In this document: in pieces, positions 56,946 to 64,000 of the stretch
Layout: each line of letters opens with the position of its first letter
Position numbering within the stretch: the first letter of the stretch is position 1
Origin: a candidate division WOR-3 bacterium
GTDB lineage: Bacteria > Hydrothermota > Hydrothermia > LBFQ01
Direction of reading: 5' to 3'
Assembly (NCBI GenBank): GCA_027050205.1
Contig: JALUCS010000126.1
Location: 1-64,000 of the forward strand
DNA length: 64,000 nucleotides
Notes under the pieces: model-generated
Told to the model about the DNA's origin: nothing
The model's database searches: none
The model's input: the letters and a program-made list of their open reading frames with translations, nothing else
Translations under genes and position numbers: made by a program

Positions 56946-59735
56946 ATGCTCGTCCTGCTCCTAAGCCAGTGGTCCTACGGGTACAACAAGGTGGATTACA
57001 AGAACCTCCGCTGGGGCTACCTTGACGGGAAGCACTTTCAGGTGTATTACTATCAGGGTGGGGAGAGGCTGGCGGAGTTCGCCCTTGGGGTACTTGAGGA
57101 GGCCTTCAAGGAGTACCAACCCTACTTTCCGGGAGCCATAACCGAGGGGGAGAAGATTCCCGTCCTCATATACGTCTCCCCCAAGGACTTTGAGATGACC
57201 AACGTCTCCCCTTACCTCGTACCGGAGGGGGTCGGTGGCTTCACGGAGAGCTTCAAGAGGAGGATAGTGGTCCCCTTCGCCGGATCCTATCCGGAGTTCC
57301 GGCACGTCCTACGGCACGAGCTGGTGCATGCCTTCCAGTACTCCTACTCAAGGGGGCTGTCATCTATGTTCTCATCCCCTCCCCCGCTGTGGTTTGTGGA
57401 GGGGATGGCCGAGTTCCTGTCGGAGGGGTGGAGCGTCCGCACCGAGGCCTATATGCGGGATATGGTCATAAACCTCTCCCTCCCTCCTCTACGGGAGATG
57501 GACTACTACGCCGGGTACATAGTCTATCGCTACGGTGAGGCCTTCTTCAACTACGTAAAGGACGTCTACGGGGAGGAGGCCGTTCGGGACTTCATAAGGT
57601 ACGGCTTGGGCGGTAAGGTGCAGGAGGCCCTCCGCCGTATCACCCACAAGGACCTCGTGGATATTGACGAGGAGTTTTCTATGTACATAAAGGAGAGGGT
57701 CCTGAAGGCGATGGGTACCTTCAACTTCCCCAACGATATAAAGAAGCTGACGAGCCGTCGTAGGGACAACTCCTTCCTCAACCTCGGTGCCGCCATATCA
57801 CCGGACGGCTCCAAGGTGGCCTTCGTGTCGGATAGGGGCGGGAGGATTGGGATATACGTCGCCGACCTCGCTACGAGGGAGATAAAGAAGCTCCTTTCGG
57901 CCGGGAGGTCCCCGGACTTTGAGAACCTACACGTCGTAAAGCCCTCGTTGAGCATATCTAAGGACGGGAAGCTGGTCACTATATCGCAGGGTACGTACTC
58001 GGACCTCCTCCACATCTACGACATCCGTACCTTCAAGAGGCTCAAGAAGGTCCCCCTGAAATTCTTGGACGGCGCCCATGGCGCCCGCATATCCCCGGAC
58101 GGCGGTAAGGTGGTCTTCGTAGGGTACTCCAACGGCGTCCCCGACCTCTACCTCTACGACATAAGGCGAGGGGTGTTCTCCAAACTGACCAACGACCCGT
58201 GGAGCGAGGACGACCCCTATTGGTACGACGATAGCACCGTCATATACGTGAGCGACAGGAACGATAAGGGGGAAATAGGTGCCTACGCCATTTTCAAGGT
58301 AAACGTCAATACCGGCGACATAGAGTACGTCTGGGGCAGGCGGAGGATACTCCGCTCCCCTATAAGGTGGAAGGACGGGATCGCCTTTCTGACGGACTAC
58401 AGGGGGGCGGTGAATATGTTCCTCCTGCGGGGGGACAGCATTTATATGCTAACCGATTACTTCACGGAGCTATCCCATCCGGACGTGGCCGAGAACGGTA
58501 GGGTGGTCTTCTCTATGATGTGGGAGGGGGGATGGGACGTCTTCCTCGCCCCTTACTCCTTGGATGAGAAGGGGGAGGTTTCTCTGGAGACGGAAGGAGG
58601 TTATACCCTGCCCGACTCCAACCTCATCGCTGGGGCAGTTAAGAGGCCTCTGGGCTTCACCCTCGGCATAGACATGGCCTACGGGAGCCTCGGATACTCC
58701 TCCTTTTACGGGACGGTCGGGGCCTTCTACATGCTCCTCTCGGACATCCCCGGAGACAACTGGATATTCCTCCAGCTTCTCGGCCAATCCCAGGACATAA
58801 GCAACTCCGAGTTCGTGATAACGTGGTACAACTTCAAGGGGCGCCTGGACAAGGTCCTCGGCCTCTCCCAGCTCTGGAACTTCAAGTACACTCCTCCCCA
58901 TTTCATATACGAGAAGAGGCTTTCCGCCGACGTCGGTCTCCAGTACCCGTTTACCCGGTACTTCAGGGTAGAAGGGTACTTCTCCGCCCACTACAACACC
59001 TGGATAATGTTTCACGAGGACTCCCTACTCTACTACTACCCCAACTGCGTTAGCTACAACCTGTGCATATCGCCCAGATTCACCTATCCTAAGGGGTACG
59101 ATATTACGGCCTCTCTGGTCTACGACGACGTCCTCTTAACCTACTATGGCTCAACGGAGGGCGTAAGGTGGAGGTTGATAGGGGCGACGAGTCTCCCCGG
59201 CTCACAGGTGGACTTCAGGACGGCCTTCTTTGAGGGGATGTTCTTCAAGAGGGTAACCCACCGGAGCATCTGGGCGAACCGCCTCGTCCTCGCCCGTAGC
59301 GTTGGCAAACATAGGGATGCCTTCACCGCCGGGGGGCCTTACGGTGTGAGGGCTTACGACCTCTTCTACTTCTTCTACGACGAGAACAACAGACCGGTGC
59401 GGTTCCTCATAGGCAACAACCTCGTCCTGTTCAACTCCGAGTTGCGGTTCCCCTTCCTTGACCGCCTCAAGTTCGGTTTCCTGCCCTTTGAGGTTAGGGG
59501 CATAAGGGCGCTCCTCTTCTTGGACATAGGAAACGCCTGGTTTGACGAGGATATACCCCTGAACAAGTTCCAACCTATAAGGGACGGCGTCCTCTGGGAC
59601 CTCTTCGCAGACTTCGGGGCCGGTTTCCGTTTCAACCTCGGATACTTCCCCTTGAGGGTGGATTACGCCTTCCCAACGGACCTCAAGAGGGTCTATAGCG
59701 GGCGGTGGATCCTGTCCTTCGGCTGGGACTTTTAG
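56946..59735 (+). CDS. Omp85/BamA-family barrel with N-terminal metallopeptidase-like and TolB-like (PD40) domains
   Basis: HELVH...WFVEGMAE zincin motif; SPDG.K..F.S repeats; GG...VRAY loop, ELRFP, terminal FGWDF. Confidence 0.88.
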   Translation: MLVLLLSQWSYGYNKVDYKNLRWGYLDGKHFQVYYYQGGERLAEFALGVLEEAFKEYQPYFPGAITEGEKIPVLIYVSPKDFEMTNVSPYLVPEGVGGFTESFKRRIVVPFAGSYPEFRHVLRHELVHAFQYSYSRGLSSMFSSPPPLWFVEGMAEFLSEGWSVRTEAYMRDMVINLSLPPLREMDYYAGYIVYRYGEAFFNYVKDVYGEEAVRDFIRYGLGGKVQEALRRITHKDLVDIDEEFSMYIKERVLKAMGTFNFPNDIKKLTSRRRDNSFLNLGAAISPDGSKVAFVSDRGGRIGIYVADLATREIKKLLSAGRSPDFENLHVVKPSLSISKDGKLVTISQGTYSDLLHIYDIRTFKRLKKVPLKFLDGAHGARISPDGGKVVFVGYSNGVPDLYLYDIRRGVFSKLTNDPWSEDDPYWYDDSTVIYVSDRNDKGEIGAYAIFKVNVNTGDIEYVWGRRRILRSPIRWKDGIAFLTDYRGAVNMFLLRGDSIYMLTDYFTELSHPDVAENGRVVFSMMWEGGWDVFLAPYSLDEKGEVSLETEGGYTLPDSNLIAGAVKRPLGFTLGIDMAYGSLGYSSFYGTVGAFYMLLSDIPGDNWIFLQLLGQSQDISNSEFVITWYNFKGRLDKVLGLSQLWNFKYTPPHFIYEKRLSADVGLQYPFTRYFRVEGYFSAHYNTWIMFHEDSLLYYYPNCVSYNLCISPRFTYPKGYDITASLVYDDVLLTYYGSTEGVRWRLIGATSLPGSQVDFRTAFFEGMFFKRVTHRSIWANRLVLARSVGKHRDAFTAGGPYGVRAYDLFYFFYDENNRPVRFLIGNNLVLFNSELRFPFLDRLKFGFLPFEVRGIRALLFLDIGNAWFDEDIPLNKFQPIRDGVLWDLFADFGAGFRFNLGYFPLRVDYAFPTDLKRVYSGRWILSFGWDF

Positions 59736-59741
59736 CTTAGC

Positions 59742-61196
59742 CTACCTGACCACTACCTTAAACACCCTATCCTTGACCTTAACGAAATACACACCGGTGG
59801 GCAGAGATACCCTGCCCTCGCCTCTGAAGACGAGTCTGCCGCTGACGGAATACACCTCACCCTTAACCTTCATCTCAAGCCCTCCCTTTAGTACGGTAAA
59901 TACCCCCTTACTCTCCATCCTCCTCTCCTTAACCTCTACCATACCTTTGGTGGTAACACTGAAATACACCATACGATCTGGCTCCCTCCTGTCCCCACCC
60001 CATATGCCAAAGAGACGGTCGCTGTCGTACTCAAACCCCATATACTCCCCCTCAAGATTGTCCCCGTACATCCTGAAATCCGCAGAGGACACACGCCCAA
60101 CTACCTCCCACGTGTTCCCTCTATCAACACTCCTGCCCCACATTACCCTCCAGACACTGTCCCTTCGGGACGTGTCCACCTTCTCAAGATAGCTTACGTA
60201 CCACACGCTCGCACTTTGGGTCAGGGTGGGCTGTATCTGATCCCTGTTCAGCGTGCTGTCTATCCACCTACCCGTCCAACTCCCATAACCTCCGTTGTAG
60301 TTGTAGGCCACCCGCACATTGCACGTTGTCATCCCGTTGAACCTCGTGTATCCTATTGCTATCGTGTCTCCTTTGACTATCATGGTGTGAATCGTTTTCG
60401 TTGGTCTCTTCCAAATTAGCCTGCTCCTTGTGGCACATTTTGTTGTACTATCCGCCAGAAACCATATCGCTGCTGTGTCTATTATGTCCCAAGTTGCGCC
60501 GTAGTCGTCGCTCCTCGCCAGACCGATGGTTATCCTTGAAGGAGATGAAAGGAAGTACTTTGTGCTTGCGTACGAGAGATAAAATCTACCACCGGTGTAT
60601 GCAAGATAGGATACGTTTGCCTCCCTCGTAGAATCAACGATTACGGGCCCTTCCCATGTTATTCCACCATCTGATGAATGATAAACGACTACAACCGGAG
60701 TGTCAGCTTTGTACTCATGAGCCACGCTTACGACGATTTTTCCTCCGGGTGCAACGGCCATTCTGGGATAGTCTTTGGGGATGGTATCCCTTACAGTGTC
60801 TCCATAGATCATGCCAGTAAGTGTATCGCAATCACCTAATACCCCTCCTATCACCTCACAGAAATGGACAAAGTATCTGCTGCCATGTGGTAATCGTGGG
60901 CATACCTCAAGATAAACGACAAAAAATCTGCTGGGATTATCAGGATCGGGACGAACAAAAGGATCCGTTCTATTACAGTTTTTAGGAAACGTATCAGCAT
61001 CACTCCACGTACTTCCCCCATCGCTACTGTATTTATAATAGACCTTTATATTACCACGGGTATCTGCCTTCATCCAGGCAACCATTACATTGTTGCCGTT
61101 AACTGCCACATGAGGTTCTACGTTCCTATATCCTGACTCTCCTATTTGAACTTCGCTCAGGAAGGGAGGATCAAGGGAAATCAGGAGTGCCAGCAT
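59742..61196 (-). CDS. BNR/Asp-box (sialidase-like) protein with T9SS-like tail
   Basis: SSDGGSTW, SSDGGITW, SDDYGATW, SVDRGNTW Asp-boxes; tail VYSVSGRLV...LPTGVYFVK...KVVVR. Confidence 0.85.
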   Translation of the reverse strand: MLALLISLDPPFLSEVQIGESGYRNVEPHVAVNGNNVMVAWMKADTRGNIKVYYKYSSDGGSTWSDADTFPKNCNRTDPFVRPDPDNPSRFFVVYLEVCPRLPHGSRYFVHFCEVIGGVLGDCDTLTGMIYGDTVRDTIPKDYPRMAVAPGGKIVVSVAHEYKADTPVVVVYHSSDGGITWEGPVIVDSTREANVSYLAYTGGRFYLSYASTKYFLSSPSRITIGLARSDDYGATWDIIDTAAIWFLADSTTKCATRSRLIWKRPTKTIHTMIVKGDTIAIGYTRFNGMTTCNVRVAYNYNGGYGSWTGRWIDSTLNRDQIQPTLTQSASVWYVSYLEKVDTSRRDSVWRVMWGRSVDRGNTWEVVGRVSSADFRMYGDNLEGEYMGFEYDSDRLFGIWGGDRREPDRMVYFSVTTKGMVEVKERRMESKGVFTVLKGGLEMKVKGEVYSVSGRLVFRGEGRVSLPTGVYFVKVKDRVFKVVVR

Positions 61197-61208
61197 ACTT
61201 TCACCTCC

Positions 61209-61838
61209 TCATTTCAGATAAACAGGCCCCACTTCAAACGAGGCGCAGGAGTCTATGGAACCTAATGGAGGCGTAACGAAAAGAGTAAAACCGTAGATCG
61301 GCTGGAAAGATTGATTGGGATAAACGAGATCGTAGAGATACATCGCAACCCTTTCCCACTTACCGGGTTCTTTTATGTGGGCCTTTCTCGTTCCCCATCC
61401 TTCCCATTCTACCTCCTCGCCTTTGTTGTTAAGGGAACGGAGTTCCGGTACGAAACGTACAGTACAGTACTTCTCCTTGCTTCTGACATAGACGATGAGG
61501 CTATCAACCTTGGGTATCGGATAGTAGTAGAGGTCGTAGTACTTGCCATTATAGGAGTTCTCGTATCCGAACTTATAACCCATCTCCTCGTACCTTCTCT
61601 TCATATCCACATCGCCCTTTTCTATCCATCTCTGGCCAGCTATGAGTGTAGCACCGGAGTAGGACCTGTGCTTGGGATAGGCGAAGTAGAACCTCTGGTA
61701 GGCCTTTATAACGATCTTGGCATCCTCCTCCTTGGGTACGCTGTCATCGGGGAGTATCAAAGTATCCCTCTTCAGAGGTAGGGCAGCCCACCATCCACCT
61801 TCTAACTCTACCGGTTGCGACAGAAGGCATAGAAGCAT
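61209..61838 (-). CDS. Hypothetical exported protein
   Basis: ORF with short hydrophobic N-terminus; distant similarity to neighbour 61882-62505. Confidence 0.6.
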   Translation of the reverse strand: MLLCLLSQPVELEGGWWAALPLKRDTLILPDDSVPKEEDAKIVIKAYQRFYFAYPKHRSYSGATLIAGQRWIEKGDVDMKRRYEEMGYKFGYENSYNGKYYDLYYYPIPKVDSLIVYVRSKEKYCTVRFVPELRSLNNKGEEVEWEGWGTRKAHIKEPGKWERVAMYLYDLVYPNQSFQPIYGFTLFVTPPLGSIDSCASFEVGPVYLK

Positions 61839-61881
61839 AAGGTTATATTTTAAAGGTGAAGCAAAGATTTTGAAAGTGTAT

Positions 61882-62505
61882 TTACTTTACAAGGTATATT
61901 GGGCTTAGCTCTATCTCGTACTCGTAGTCGCCAAAGGTGTCGGCTAGGGGGATGATGTAAAAGCTAAGCGGATAGGGTCTATCGGTACCGTACGAACAAG
62001 GCAAGGAAAAGTGCATCCCGACAGCCGGAGGATTATAAACGTTAAAATCCTTACCTAAACTATCAAGGTCTATACGAATCTCTATCCACGATACGTCAAG
62101 GGTTTGCTTTCGTACTATAGGGCTTCTACAGTATCCCCGATATACAATCTCTCCGCCCATTTCGTACTTTCCCTTCCCCCTGATATAGAAGACGAGATAC
62201 CTACCCCAGTCAAGGAGGTCAAGAGGATAGCTTTTAAGATAGGAAGCCATACCGGGCATAAGGAGTTCCGTCCTCCAGCTCTTATCCCTGTACTCCCACA
62301 CTCCCTTTAGATGCAGGGCCTTGTAGTCATCTACGACCCTGTACTCCCCGTTGGGTACGGGAATACTGTCGCTCAAGGGTAGTGTGTCAAAGTTGGCTAT
62401 CTCCCAGCCCCCGTACTCGTACTTCACCGCACCGACAGCCTTGAGTATGCTGTCCATCTGTCTGCTCTCGTAAAGGTCGGCAAAGAGGTAGGCAAAAAGC
62501 AACAC
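61882..62505 (-). CDS. Hypothetical exported protein
   Basis: ORF with short hydrophobic N-terminus; distant similarity to neighbour 61209-61838. Confidence 0.6.
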   Translation of the reverse strand: MLLFAYLFADLYESRQMDSILKAVGAVKYEYGGWEIANFDTLPLSDSIPVPNGEYRVVDDYKALHLKGVWEYRDKSWRTELLMPGMASYLKSYPLDLLDWGRYLVFYIRGKGKYEMGGEIVYRGYCRSPIVRKQTLDVSWIEIRIDLDSLGKDFNVYNPPAVGMHFSLPCSYGTDRPYPLSFYIIPLADTFGDYEYEIELSPIYLVK

Positions 62506-62576
62506 GGCAACCTTGATTTTATAGGAGGCGTATGCCCCGACGAAGTTTTGGCTATCTCGTCCATAAAATAATGGCC

Positions 62577-64000
62577 ATGATAGGCTCCGTTATCCTCGTA
62601 GCCGCTAGCATAGGCGACCTCTTTCCCATAGCAGAGGCCGATTTGGAGGCCGAGGTTATGTTCCTTGCGGGGGTTTCGGCTTTCCGCATAAGGGAATTGA
62701 GGGAACTTAAGGACATAAGGGACCTGTGCCTCCATTCTGTGGCCAAAGACCTACCGATTTTGACGGCGTCCTCGTGCTACCTTTACGCCGAGAGGTTGAA
62801 CGGTCTGGCCAAGTACGACTCCGCCCTCAATTACTACGGCTATGCCTTGAAGGGTATAGAGAAACTCAAGCATCATCGTATAAGGCGGATAGATGTTGTT
62901 CTAGATTCATCTTTTATTAATTTTATTGCATCGTTTCCGAAAATTCGCCAAGAATTACCCAGAATAATAGACACGTACGGGTATAAGATTACCATAACGC
63001 CCGGATTGTTGGGAGAATTGGCGAAGGTGGTGGAGGGAGACATATACCTCGGTATGGGAAGGGCGAAGTATTACAAGGTATCTTACGGGTTGGACCCCGA
63101 ACGGATAGACCTCTTCTACAGCACACTATCTGACGCCGAAAGGGACTATAAGAAGGCCGTAGTATCCTATATGGAGATGTTTTTGCCCGGCGTGAAAGAC
63201 ACCTTCAACTTCCCCAACCCCAAACTGGGCCGAGCCTACCTCCACCTCGCCGCCCTCTACAAACTTAGGGGGGAGATTCAGAGGTCCGACTCCCTATACA
63301 CAAAGGCCAGCGACAACCTCGGTAATGTGGCTGCGTGGTACTTCGCCCTCGTATCCGACAGATTCCCGGATATGGAGAGGGCTAAGCCGTACATCCGTAA
63401 GGCCAAACTTTACACCCTCCTATCTTTGGAACCGCTCCTGAAGAGGATCAAGTACGACTACGGGAAGTTAGCCGATACCTACCTAATGCTTGGAAAGATA
63501 GCCCTTGTGGAGGGGAATATGAGACTGGCCCTATCAACCTACCGCAGAGTCAACACCCTAAGCCTCTCTTACGCCTCCGAGTACCTTGACACCGTAGTGT
63601 CCGACTACCTATGCTTCCTGAACGAGGAGGGATGCGGGGACGGTTGGGTACAGGCAATGCTACGGACAGCCGGGAAGAGATACGAGAGGTTCAACAAGGC
63701 CGAAGCCTACGGGATGTTGGCCGAGACCTACGAGCTGAAGGGGGACTTGAGGAGGGCCGTACGGTACTACGGGAGGATGGCGGAGGTCTATCTGAACTAC
63801 GGACGAAGGATTAGAGAAAGAAAAACGAAGAAAAAACTAAAAAATTTAATTGATTATCTCAAAAAATACACCTACTTAAACTCCCCCTCCGGCGCCCAGG
63901 TTCTCTTGGCGGCCGGTGAGATATACGACGCCCTCGGATACCACCACGTCGCCCTCTCCTACTATCGGAAGGCCCTTAAGATATACAGCGATTGCTCCAA
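62577..64000 (+). CDS. TPR-containing protein, 5' part (runs off window)
   Basis: Not in ORF track; manual reading MIGSVILVAASIG...; TPR-like segments (A.L.LAALYK..G, GEIYDALG....ALSYYRKAL); TAAAAT 7 nt before ATG. Confidence 0.7.
   Translation, partial: MIGSVILVAASIGDLFPIAEADLEAEVMFLAGVSAFRIRELRELKDIRDLCLHSVAKDLPILTASSCYLYAERLNGLAKYDSALNYYGYALKGIEKLKHHRIRRIDVVLDSSFINFIASFPKIRQELPRIIDTYGYKITITPGLLGELAKVVEGDIYLGMGRAKYYKVSYGLDPERIDLFYSTLSDAERDYKKAVVSYMEMFLPGVKDTFNFPNPKLGRAYLHLAALYKLRGEIQRSDSLYTKASDNLGNVAAWYFALVSDRFPDMERAKPYIRKAKLYTLLSLEPLLKRIKYDYGKLADTYLMLGKIALVEGNMRLALSTYRRVNTLSLSYASEYLDTVVSDYLCFLNEEGCGDGWVQAMLRTAGKRYERFNKAEAYGMLAETYELKGDLRRAVRYYGRMAEVYLNYGRRIRERKTKKKLKNLIDYLKKYTYLNSPSGAQVLLAAGEIYDALGYHHVALSYYRKALKIYSDCS

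Overview
GC-rich chromosomal segment from a thermophilic diderm bacterium (AGG/ATA-rich codons, LptA/MlaD/BamA-type genes, T9SS-like C-terminal tails; WOR-3/FCB-like affiliation is an inference). About 55 CDSs plus tRNA-Ala(UGC): mostly housekeeping (pheT, UDG, ppdK, hppA, holB, PGI/PMI, rfbD, transaldolase, hbd, FBP aldolase/phosphatase, MTAP, V-ATPase D) and secreted/envelope proteins. Main observations: (1) the window appears to contain the replication terminus: a near-canonical dif site at 17101-17128, KOPS-like GGGTAGGG octamers that switch strand there, and an unrecognised 26-bp palindrome (TATTGYTCCN-N6-NRGARCAATW) clustered around dif, including inside coding sequence, a candidate matS-like Ter-organising system; (2) a defence island (31.4-40.6 kb) with Type I hsdS and hsdR but no hsdM, where hsdS is translationally coupled to a single-chain DarT-macrodomain(DarG) fusion, plus DUF3800, an MNT-HEPN pair flanked by exact 43-bp direct repeats, a PIN protein and a permuted GIY-YIG-like protein; (3) an orphan MAD3/MAD4-like ATPase-nuclease pair between ppdK and hppA; (4) window-wide features: TANAAT boxes 5-11 nt before about 30 start codons (near-leaderless expression), very short uncharged signal peptides, and strong TCGA avoidance. 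All motif counts are by eye; no database searches were run.
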